From contig NC_068991.1 in the NCBI RefSeq assembly GCF_001194135.2, positions 23,782,858-23,846,857 on the forward strand: a DNA stretch of 64,000 nucleotides, given 5' to 3'. The stretch comes from Octopus bimaculoides. Taxonomy: Eukaryota. A program made the position numbers and the translations under genes. Shown here one piece after another: positions 25,701-38,615 of this stretch (the stretch's first letter is position 1; every line of letters starts with the position of its first letter). The notes under the pieces were generated by a model. That model made no database searches, was not told where the DNA came from, and worked only from the letters and a program-made list of their open reading frames with translations.

Positions 25701-28700
25701 CAACTTTTATCTTTTATTTGTTGCACTCATTGGATTGCGACCATGCCTGGGGCACTGCTTTGAAGGGTTTTGGTTGAACAAATTGCCCCAGTATAAATTT
25801 TTCTTTAAGTTTATTCTATCAGTCCCTTTTGCTGAACTTCTAAGTTTTGAGGTTATAAACAAACCAACATCAGTGGGTGGGACACACACACACACATATA
25901 CAGTACCGTTCAAAAGTCTTCGGCCACTTTAAACTACTGTAAATTTCTATTAATTGCCAACTTATAAGTGGATGTTTCACATTGCGGTTTTTACAGATGA
26001 AATATTGGCCTTATTGGAGTCATTTCCACACCTAATCATTATATTTTGTAATAGGGGTTCTAAACAAGAGAGGAAGATGTGAGATGACCACCAAAAATGG
26101 ATGTGCAAAAGTTTTCAGCTACCTCACATAAACCAATCGAGATACAGTGTTTTAAAACAGAGAAATGTCTATAATGAAAATTTATTACATAATGTTCATT
26201 TTAAGAAGTTACTGTACATTTTAATATTTCGTGTGGCTTCCATTAGCTTGAATAATTGCTTCAGTGCACCTGGGAAGAGATGTGTACAAATCCTTCACCA
26301 TCTTCACAGGTATGAGATGCCATTCTCTGTGCTGAACTCCCACAACTCTTCAAGTTTGTGTGGATTCTTCTGATGAACTCTTCTCTTTAGTTCTGTCCAC
26401 ATTTGCTTGAAGATATTTAAGTCAGAGCTCTGAGCTGGCCAATCTTTCAATATGGTAACACCTTCATCAACCAGACTCTAATGTGTTGTACACGATCTGT
26501 GGCATGGAGCTCTGTCATGCTGAAAAATCTCACCTTCATCCAAGTCTGGTATCAAATTGTCCTTCAGCAACTGGATGTATTTGGTACTATTCAAGTTACC
26601 GTCGATTTTAACTGACTTTCTTGAACCGTCACTTTTTATGTATCCCCAAAGCATCAGACTCTTACCTCCAAACTTAGTTGTTTTCGTCATGTAACATGGG
26701 TTGTTATCACTTTCTAATAAGCGAGAATTTGTCAGAAGGCCTCCAGGAAAGCAAAACAACCCACATTACACAACGAAAACAGTGAAGTTTGGGGATACAT
26801 AAAAAGTGATGGTTTCTAGAAAATTGATGGTAACTTGAATAGTGCCAAATACAGCCAGTTGTTGAAAGACAATTTGATACCAGACTTGGATGAAGGTGAG
26901 ATTTTTCAGCATGACAGAGCTCCATGCCACAGATTGCGTGCAACACAACAGAGTCTGGCTGATGAAGATGTTACTGTATTGAAAGAATGGCCAGCTCAGA
27001 GCCTTGGCTTAAATATCATTGAGCAAATGTGGACAACTAAAGAGACGAGTTCATCAGAAGAATCCACACAAACTCGAAGAGTTGTGGGAGCTAAGCCACA
27101 GAGAATGGCATCTCATACCTGTGAAGATGGTGAAGGATTTGTACGCATCCCTTCCTAGGTGCATTGAAGCAATTACTCAAGCCAAGGGAAGCCACATGAA
27201 ATATTAACAATGTACAGTAACTTCGTGAAATGAACATTATGTAATAAATTTTCATTATAGACATTTTCCTGTTTCAAGACACTGTATCTTGATTGGTTTA
27301 TGTGAAGGGCTGAAAACTTTTGCATGTCCATTTTTGGTGGTCATCTCACATCTTCCCCTCTCATTCAGAACCCCTACTACAAAATATAATGATTAGGTGT
27401 AGAAATGACTCCAACAGGGTCAATGTTTCATCTGTAAAAAACGCAATGTGAAACATCCACTTATAAGTTGGCAATTAATAGAAATTTACAATAGTTAAAG
27501 TGGCCAAAGACTTTTGCATGGTACTGTACATGTGATGGGCTTCCACACAGTTTCTGTCTACAAAATTCATTTGCAAAGCACTAGTCAACCTGCAGCTATA
27601 GTAGAAGACACTTGCCTAAGGTACTGTGCATTGGGACTGTATCTGAAACCACATGGTTGCAGAGCGAGCTTCTTAACCACCATAGCCATGCCAGTGTCTA
27701 TTTTTCTTTAACAACCCTGACTTTTTTAACAAATCATCATCATCATCATCATTGTTTAATGTCTATTTTCAATGCTGGCATGGGTTGGAAGGTTTGACAG
27801 GAGCTGGAGAGCTGCCAGGCTCCAATTGTCTGTTTTGGCAAGATTTCTATGGCTGGATGCCCTTCCTAATGCCAACCACTTTACGGAGTGTCCTGGGTGC
27901 TTTATATGTGCTGTTGGCATGGATGCTTTTATGTCTCACCTAGCACAAATGCACTCTGTGTGGCACTGATACAAGTGCATTTTATGTGGCATGGCACAAG
28001 TGCATTTTACATGGCACTGTTATGAGTGAATTTTACGTGGCACTAGTACCTGCAAGACAAAGACCTTCTGGCTTAGAGACGGGGTGGGCATTGCCAAACC
28101 ATGGATTTATATATCTAGTTCAATAACAAAGCATTGTGTTGATATTCGTTTACTTGTTTCAGTCATTGGACTGTGGCTATGCTGGGGCACTCCCTTAAAG
28201 AATTTTATTTGAATGAATTGGCCACAGTACTTTATATTTTAAGCCTGGTGCTTATTTTATCAGTTTTTTTTTTGCTGAACTGCTAAGTTACAGGGATGTA
28301 AACATACCAATGCTAGTTATCAAGTGGTAATGGGAGATACACACACATATAGGCTTCTTTCAGTTTCCATTTACCAAATCCACTCACAAGGCTTTGATCA
28401 GCCTAAGGCTATAGTAGAAGACACTTGCCCAAGGTGCAATGCAGTGGGACTGAACCCGGAACCATGTGGTTGAGAAGGTAGCTTCTAAACCACACAGCCA
28501 TTCCTGTGCCTATATATTTGGTAGTGAATATGTAAAATTTTGTCCTTTAATTGCCCTACAAAAACAAAAGGGTGCTCCTTCAACGTCTTAAGGATTTTCA
28601 TATAGAGGAGACAAGGAATAATTGTTGACAAAGTATTTTTTTGTTTTTAATTTCTAAATGTTTAATTTTTTTTATTCAGTGCAATTATTTTTAGGACCTG

Positions 28701-30899
28701 AGATGTTTGTGGGTTTATTTCATCAATATATTTNNNNNNNNNNNNNNNNNNNNNNNNNNNNNNNNNNNNNNNNNNNNNNNNNNNNNNNNNNNNNNNNNNN
28801 NNNNNNNNNNNNNNNNNNNNNNNNNNNNNNNNNNNNNNNNNNNNNNNNNNNNNNNNNNNNNNNNNNNNNNNNNNNNNNNNNNNNNNNNNNNNNNNNNNNN
28901 NNNNNNNNNNNNNNNNNNNNNNNNNNNNNNNNNNNNNNNNNNNNNNNNNNNNNNNNNNNNNNNNNNNNNNNNNNNNNNNNNNNNNNNNNNNNNNNNNNNN
29001 NNNNNNNNNNNNNTTTCAGGGTCGATAAAATAAGTACCAGTTGAGCACTGGGTCCGATGTAATCAACTTACCCCATTTCTCTAAATTGCTGGCCTTGTAC
29101 CAAAATTTGAAACCAATATTTCAATATTTTTATCTCTTTAAAAGTGAAGAGCTGGCAGAATCATGAGCATGCCAGACAAATTGTTTAGTGGCATTTTGTT
29201 CATCCTTACATTTTGAGTTCAGATTCTGCCAAAGTCAACTTTCCCTTTCATCATTTCAGAGTCGATAAAATAAGTACCAGTTGAGCACTGGGGTTGATGT
29301 GAATGACTTCCCCCCCACCCCGAAATTGCTGGTCTTGTGCCAAAATTTGAAATCAATATTTTTATCTCTTTCCTGTTCCAGCTTGGGCACTCATCCTCTC
29401 TTTTATAATGTGAGCAGACATGTAGCACCTCTACAGCAAGAAACTTCTGTTCTGACCCCTTCTCTCAGATTTTAACCCCTCATCTCCCAGCCTAAAGCTA
29501 TCTCCCTCTCTACTGTAGTCCCATTCAGTCAAAGGGAATCTTAGTCATGCAAGCTGCAAGGCAACCTTAGTAGTGCTGGGAGTCTTGGAAAAAGTACCCA
29601 GTGTATGAGTAATATGGCTGGTGTTAGGAAGGGTATCCAGCTGTAGAAACCAGGCCAAAGAAGATGTTGAAGTATGGTGTAGTCCTCAAACTCGTTGGAT
29701 ACCACCAAGTCATTCAACTTCTGCCAGTGTAAACCATGTACGTTAAATGACAATGATGATGAATAGTTCCATGCTGCAAAACTTTAAGTATCTTGGTTGT
29801 CGTCATCAATCTTTTTATGTTCACTTTTTTTCCCATGCTGTGATGAGTTGGATGAAATTTCTATGGCTGGGGGCCCTTCCTGAGGCCAAACCTTATTTTT
29901 CAGTAAAGTACCTTGTTCCATTGGTCTTCACACATTTGACTGCTGAGCTGCAGGACATGAGCAGACACCTCTGCTGCCCAAGTGGTATGAAGACATACAG
30001 AGACTAGCATGCACACATCAGTCTGCCTGCCTGCTTGCCTGTATTTCAAAAATAGCCTGCACTGATTTCAAACTCCCAACCCAAGAGTTGGTGACCCTGT
30101 ACCTTAACCAATTAGCCACATATTAATTCTGCATGTTGTAACTGTAACCTGTTGAAATTTTATTGATTTAATAATTTGTTTATTTTTAGCCAGAGATTGT
30201 GAAATTTATTCATGGAATATGTGGTGAAGATTCAGAAATACAACCTGAGGAAGCAGAGAAAATTTGTATCTGTTGTTTAGGAATTCTTCAACAGTTCTGC
30301 TCAGATACTTTCACACAAAAAGTAAGTCTGTTGAAATGTACTCTTAGAGTGTGATGGTCTTCTAGACTCATTAGGTCTGTATCTGCTGCTTTTTCAGTTC
30401 TTGATGGTTTTTTTAATTCCTTTATTGGTTTTGGTCATTGGACTGTGGCCATGCTGGTACACTGCCTCTAAGTGTTTAGTTGATCATGTTACTGTCAATA
30501 TAAGTCTGCTAGTTATGTTACCTATTTGTCTAATTGGCCAAGTCTTTAGAGTGGTGAACTGGATGCTTCACAGGACCTGTCCTGACTATGCTCTGAGTTC
30601 AAATCCTAACAAGGTCAACTTTGCCTTTCAACCTTTCGTTGTTGATAAACAGAAAAAGACAATTCAAAGCGATGGATTAGCAGAAGTGTAAGAAGGTTGA
30701 ACTGGATGTTGTTTATTCCATTTGTTTGTGTTATGAGTTCAAATTCAGCTATGACCTACTTGAGTGAAAAAGCATCTTTCACTAATCATACTTTATAATC
30801 TTAGATGATAAAAGACACACCAGGCAATGTTGACACTGATATACAAAAATGTGGGATGATGATAATTTGAAAGCCTCTGGTCTTATATACATATATAGT

Positions 30900-30947
<48 letters not shown>

Positions 30948-31958
30948 CTTGTGGTACTGGAAGGTAGCAGCTTCACTAGAAATAGGATGAACTCTGAAGC
31001 CATAGAGAGCTCACTTATTTAAAACAAGCATGTTGAAAAGTGGGCAGTGAATAAAAATTATAACTCCTACCTCTGCAAAGTCTGCAAAAGAAGCTAAATT
31101 TAAAGATATTCACCTCACTATGCTTGCTTATTTGTGTGAAGGCTTCGGAGTGCATCTGACTCCTATTTCTAGCAAAGCTGGCACTTACCAGTACCATAAT
31201 TATATTATATNNNNNNNNNNNNNNNNNNNNNNNNNNNNNNNNNNNNNNNNNNNNNNNNNNNNNNNNNNNNNNNTATATATCCTAAACTTGTACTGTTCAT
31301 GCTTTGGATGGCCACTAATATCATTATTTACTAGTAATATCTCTATATATTTATAAATTATTCACTTAGCTCGTTTCAGAATGTGCCTTGGGCCTTCACA
31401 CGAACAAACAAGCATGGTGTGGTGAATATTTTTAAATTGAGCTTCTTTTACAATAGGCTTAGTTGAGAAAGAACAAGTGCCCCTTAGCACAAATCCCAAA
31501 ATCAGCACTAAGTTATCTGCCATTTCTTTTGCAGACTTTGCAGAGGTAAGAATTATAGTTTTTATTCATTACCTGCTTTTCACCATGCTTGTTTTAAATA
31601 AGTTAGCTTTCTGTGGCTTTAGAGTTCATCTGACTCATATTTCTAGCAAAGCTGGTACTTCATAGTACAATAATTATATTATATATATGTATAAATATAT
31701 ATATATATATATGTTCCTAAACTTGCTTGCACAGTTCATGCTTTGGATGGCCACTAATATTATTATTTACTAGTAATATCTTTATATAGGCGCAGGAGTG
31801 GCTGTGTGGGAAGTAGCTTGCTTACCAACCACATGGTTCCGGGTTCAGTCCCACTGCGTGGCACCTTGGGCAAGTGTCTTCTACTATAGCCTCGGGCCGA
31901 CCAAAGCCTTGTGAGTGGATTTGGTAGACGGAAACTGAAAGAACCCCTTCGTATCTAT

Positions 31959-31996
<38 letters not shown>

Positions 31997-34900
31997 CTGT
32001 GTTTGTCCCCCTAGCATTGCTTGACAACCGATGCTGGTGTGTTTATGTCCCCGTCACTTAGCAGTTTGGCAAAAAGAGACCGATAGAATAAGTACTAGGC
32101 TTACAAAGAATAAGTCCCGGGGTCGATTTGCTCTACTAAAGGCGGTGCTCCAGCATGGCCACAGTCAAATGACTGAAACAAGTAAAAGAGTCAAAAGAGT
32201 ATACTTATAAATTATTCACTTAGTTCATTTCAGAATGTGCCTTGGGCCTTCTCATGAACAAGCAAGCATGGTGTGGTGAATATCTTTAAATTGAGCTTCT
32301 TTTGCAGTAGGCTTAGCTGAGGAAGGACAAGTGCCCCTTAGCACAATTCCCGAAATCTTTACTAAGTTATCTGCCATTCCTTTAGTGGACTTCACAGAGG
32401 TAAGAGTTATAATTTTTATTCACCACCCATTTTTCACTATGCTCGTTTTAAATAAGTGAGCTCTCTATGGCTTCAGAGTTCATCTGACTCCTATTTCTAG
32501 TGAAGCTGGTACTTCCCAGTACAATAATTATATCATATATATATGTATAAATTTATATATATGTTCATAAACTTTCCTGCACAGTTCATGCTTTGGATGG
32601 CCACTAATATTATTATTTACTATTAATATCTCTCTCTCTCTCTCCTATATATATATATATACACACACACACACATATATATATATACATGTGTATGTAG
32701 GTATGTATGTAGTTATGCATGCATGCACATCTACAGCTTGTGCTTCACACATTTCTGTATATAACTGCATATTTCATTTGCCAGTGAGTGTATTAGCAAA
32801 CTTAGTGATCGTTAATTAACTTTTTCCAAGCCATATTTTTAACAAATTACTCTGTTTCAAATAGTTTTTGAGAATCATCAAAAATTTGGATGAATTTAGT
32901 AAAACAGCTAACTCATATGTTATTAAAACTAGTTCGAGGAAACATAATAAATAGATATATGATATATAAATATAACAAATAGCACATGATATAATATATA
33001 GGTCCTTACATAATATAATATATAATCATGTGTATAATAAGTAAATATAATGAATAACAATCTATAAGCATGATATAACAATAAGTTCGTACTTCTAGTT
33101 ATAATGGAAGGTTTTAATTTAAATATGAATAACTTAAGATAATGGTCACAATATTGTCTTGCAACTTGATCTCACTGGTGTCATGGTCATGAAAAATGCA
33201 CCAGTATATTTTGTAAAATGGTTAGTGTCAGTAAGGGCATCAGGTTATAGAAAGCATGCCAAAGCAGATATTGGAGCTTGATGCAGTCCTCTGGCTCATT
33301 AGATCCTGTCAAACCACCCAACCCATGCCAGCATGGAAGACAAATGTTAAATGATGAAGGGCTGGTGTCAATAGAGTTAATAGAGTCATGTTTTATGCAT
33401 TTCTATAAATAACTATTTGCTTGACCTTGACCTTGTTTGTGTGTCTGACTAATCAAAACCTGTTGCTTTCTCTTCTAACAGATTATCGAACATGTAAAAT
33501 CTTCCGGCTACATTTTCTCCAATTATTTGTGTTCTCTCATGTTACCAGTGTCTTTGATTGTCCGCCAGGTAATTTGAACTTGTGTACTTTGTGTTTTCAT
33601 TACATATATTCTTTTATTCTTTTCTTGGTTTCACTTGTTGCATTGTAGTTATGCTGGAGCACTACTTTCAAGTTGATATATATCAACTGCAGTACTTGAC
33701 TCTCTTTTGATGAAAGGCAAATTTGACCTGGGTGAGATTCAAATATAGAACATAATGGGAAGTAAATCAAGTACCACAAGGTACTTTGTCTGGTGCTCTA
33801 CTGAATCTGCAATCGCCACTTCACATTTATTTTGTGATTACTATGACAATGTAGGGCTGAGAGGAGCCAATGACATGACAGATTTTCTAATCCTAGTGTG
33901 ACTATAAAATGCACCCTGTACACTTTGGAAAGGGGTTAGCATTAGGAAGGGCATCCTATTGTAGAATCTTGGCCAAAAATTGAGATGTACAAACAAGACA
34001 TGGTCTACTGATTCACGAGGAAGGTAGTAACTCTGAACAAAGATAGACACAGGCCATGATTTCCTATACAATTCATACCAGAATGAATTGGATGATGTTA
34101 AAAAAAAGTTATAATAATGGTTGCATTATGTCCTTCAGTGAAAATATACCACCTGTAGTAATTGTTTTTGCTGCATGATAAACTTCCTGCTGTTTCTGTG
34201 AAGATCTACAAATTTAATTTATAGGCAGTGACAAGTGACTGAGACCTTTGGCAATATACTGTTCTTGAGAAAACCTGTCAAGCTAAGTGAGATTGTAGTT
34301 GTGGCTGATGCCAATGTTATGTAACGGGCACCTGTGCTGGTGGCATGTAAAAAGCACTCACTACACTCTTGGAGTGGTTGGTATTAGGAAGGGTAACCAG
34401 CCATAGAAACCATACCAAATCAGACTGGAACCTGGTGCAGCTCCCCAGCTTACCAATTTTCAGTCAAACCATCCAACTCATTCCAGCATGGAAAATGGAC
34501 GTTAAATGATGATGATTATACCAGTTCTTCACTTCATTTCACTTTGTTAAAACACTTTCATTCTGGAGAATTTACAGAGTAGTTGGTGTTAGGAAAGGCA
34601 TCCAGCCATAAAAACCCTACCAAAATAGATACAGTAGCCTAGGGTAGTTTTTCTACCTGGCTGGCTCCTGTCAACCATCCTACTTACGCATGCATGGAAG
34701 ATGGATGTTAAATGATGATGATGATGATCAATAAATTGACTTTCTAACTATATTCCATTCTGTTTATATTGTTTACACTAATGGTGATCTGTCAGAGGGA
34801 TGGATGAAGAAACATTTGACAATTTAGGTCTACTTCTTATCATCATCATCCTCATCATTGAATGACTACTTTTCCCTGCTTGCATGGGTCAGACAGAATT

Positions 34901-35080
34901 TATTGAAGCAAATTTTCTATTGCTGGATGCCCATTCTGTCTCCAGCCTTTATCAATTTTCTAATAAGAGAATATTTCCCCATAGCTAGAGATGCTTTATA
35001 CAGAAGGCTTTATGACAAAGTGGCTCTTTTATAACCATCATATGATGTCCATACAACAGTATACACAAACACACATACAT

Positions 35081-35135
<55 letters not shown>

Positions 35136-38095
35136 NNNNNNNNNNNNNNNNNNNNNNNNNNNNNNNNNNNNNNNNNNNNNNNNNNNNNNNNNNNNNNNNN
35201 NNNNNNNNNNNNNNNNNNNNNNNNNNNNNNNNNNNNNNNNNNNNNNNNNNNNNNNNNNNNNNNNNNNNNNNNNNNNNNNNNNNNNNNNNNNNNNNNNNNN
35301 NNNNNNNNNNNNNNNNNNNNNNNNNNNNNNNNNNNNNNNNNNNNNNNNNNNNNNNNNNNNNNNNNNNNNNNNNNNNNNNNNNNNNNNNNNNNNNNNNNNN
35401 NNNNNNNNNNNNNNNNNNNNNNNNNNNNNNNNNNNNNNNNNNNNNNNNNNNNNNNNNNNNNNNNNNNNNNNNNNNNNNNNNNNNNNNNNNNNNNNNNNNN
35501 TGTTATCGTGTGAATACATCAGAAGTAGTCCTTGCTTAAGTATTTTGATGTACTTTTCAGAGTTTATAGTTCCAACACATTCGATCAGCTCAGAACGATC
35601 ATTGTTGATGACAGCTCCCCATACCATTACAGAGAAAATCACTCTATTCCAAAATGAACTAGATTTTTCTGACATCTCCTTAGCCCATTTCTTTCTTTTC
35701 ATGATATTAATTGGTTGAAGGAGAGGTTTTCTTCTAGCTGCTCGTCCATAATACCCAAGTTTATGCAGATATGTAGCACACACTCTTGGACTAACTTCTA
35801 GCTGTTTTGCAGTGTCAGAAGTGTTCGAACGGGGTTCGTTTTCCACAATTCTCTTCAAACAGTGAAGCTTCCTTTCTGAGGGTCCAGGTCAGCTAGGACG
35901 AAAATCTGTTGATTCTTTTCCTTGGCTTTTGAATTATAATTCTATTAACATTAGCAAGAGGAATTTGAAGATTTTCGGCAATTTTTCGCTGGCTAAGACC
36001 AGCCTCAGATTGCCCAACAATACGACCTCTTTGGAAATCTGACAGTTCTGCTGAATTTTTGTGCATGGCATAGTTACTCTTTGCAAATGTTTAATATAAT
36101 GACACCTGGAATGAAAAGAATAATTACATTGTAAATTCTACACCGCTGAAAACATATTAAGATGCTATGATTAGAAATTTTGAAAATCAAAGGTGTCTAT
36201 TTACTTCCTGCATGTCTGTGTGTACGACAAGCTTTTAGTTTCCATCTACCAAATCCACTCACATAGCTTTGGTCAGCCTGGTGCTATAGTAAAAGACACT
36301 TGTTCAAGATGTCACACAATGTGACTCCAATAGCTTTTATGGCTCAGTAATACATTTCTTTAGCTCTAATTATTAATTACTTGCACATCTTATGAAATGA
36401 AATTAACATAAACCCTGGAGGTGTAAGAGAAAAGTTCATCCATGCTAGAAGTTTAACTCAGAACATAACTGAATGAAACTAATTACTACAAAGTATTTTG
36501 TCCAGAGCTCAGCCTTACCTGCCATCCATCTCCTTGAAGCTATGTCACAATCTCTATAAGCTTGGAGATGATTGTTTACTATTGTTTTTTTTTTCCTTCT
36601 ATTTTGTCTCAGTCATCGGATTGACACCATGCTGGAGCACCACCTTGAAGGTTTAGCCAATGAGATCAACACTAGTATTTATTTTTTAAATCTGGCATTT
36701 ATTCAATTGCCCTTATTTTGCTGAACTGCTAAGTGATGTGTACATACACAAACCAGTGCTGATTGCTAAGCTGTGGTAAACACACAAATGTGCAGACACA
36801 GGTACACATATGTGCACACACCACATACACACGCATGCACACCACGCACACACACACACACACACTATTTGCAGAAGTGGACAAACAGTATTAGGCTACG
36901 TAAATCAAGTGATTTGGACTACAAATGATAACCATTATTAATGTTTACCTCCAGGTCAGTTCTGATCAAGCAGATTTATGATCAAAAAGCATTCCAACTG
37001 TAAAAGATATACTTTCTTTCTTCCCTTTCTTTTTTGGCCTAGTTTACCTTGGGCTATATTATCTAAAGTGCTCTAGCTAATGTGTCCTAAGAAAATGGGT
37101 TGTGATTTTAGTGAGTTGTGGCTGCTATTTCTAGTAAGTTGAGTGACCATGTAGGAGGCTTGTTTTGAAATTTGGTTACTGAGAACTAAGTATTACCTGA
37201 CTATAAATGGTTGTTTTAGTAATTGGTGTTGTTGACTTCCTCCCCCCTTTACCACCTTATGTCTCTCACTCTCTCTGCATATTCTTGTGACCTGACTATT
37301 AAAAGCTGTTGTCTTAATAATTGATGTTAAAAATAAAATGTTCCATGCTTTTGGTAAATAGAATGTGAATTCTAAAGAACAAAAAATGTATATACAGAAT
37401 TATTGAATAGAAATTATTGTTGCTTTTCAGCATTCAGTTTACCTTCATTTAAGAGATGAATTTGTGTAAGTAGTTTTTATGATAAAACATTTTGAAACTA
37501 ATACGTGTGTGTATGTATGTGTGTAATTATACATGATAAGAAGTATACACTGTTTACAGTTGTTGGATTGGTTTTCTCATCTTGATTGTTGCTTTCATTA
37601 TATTTTGGCTATGTATCCTCCAGTCTTCTTCATGTGTTTTATGATTAATCTTAGTGCCTTAGACCAAAGAACTGAAGTATTTTGGATTGCAAGACAGTAT
37701 GTGGGAGAAAACCGTGATATCATAGAGAAATGTGTGACTGTTAACCAATGCTTTTATCCACTATGCTATGACTGTAGGCAGTGACCAAGTGAATTTTTAA
37801 GACTTTTAAACCTCCATTGATGTCACTGCTTACAGGCATAGCATAATAGATAAAGGCATTGGTTAATGCAGTGCAGTCACCTCTGGGTTCTATGTTCAAA
37901 CCCAGACATGGCACTAAGGTGAATCACAAGACATTTGAAAAAGGCCAAGACATAGCGAAAGCAACAATCAAGATGAGGAACCCACTCCAATTGTAAAATG
38001 CACTGCACCAATGCCTCAATAATATATTTGTTTAACCTGATAGTATGGGAAATATATATAATATAAATATATAATATATATATACATATAATATA

Positions 38096-38131
<36 letters not shown>

Positions 38132-38577
38132 AATTGCTGCATGGAAGGTGTTTATAAACACCTAAGTAAACCTGTCTCCTAGCTTCCCTTTTGGCAATCT
38201 GATACAGTTCCCTGCTACTACTGTTCTTCCAGTCATTCCATGCCTGCTTCTTTTCCCTAATGGCCTTGTCAACTACATTGTTCCACCACCATAATATATA
38301 TAATATATATATAATATAAATATTATATGTGTGATATAAGGTGGTGAGCTGGCAGAATTGTTTGGATACCATGCAAAATGCTTAGCAGCATTTTGTCCAC
38401 CTTAACGTTCTGAGTTCAAATTCTGCTGAGGTCGTCTTTGCCTTTCATCCTTTCGGGGTTGATAAATTAAGTATTAGTGAAACACTGGGGTCTATGTAAT
38501 TAACTAGTCCCCTCCCCTTAAATTTCAGACCTTGTGCCTTTAGTAGAAAGGATTATAGATATAATATAATGTAAATG

Positions 38578-38615
<38 letters not shown>

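Noticed and set aside
28549-28625. [16 protein letters not shown], loosely like human PUS10 LPYKELL
   Set aside because: There is an in-frame stop immediately upstream, no acceptor AG and no CxxC.
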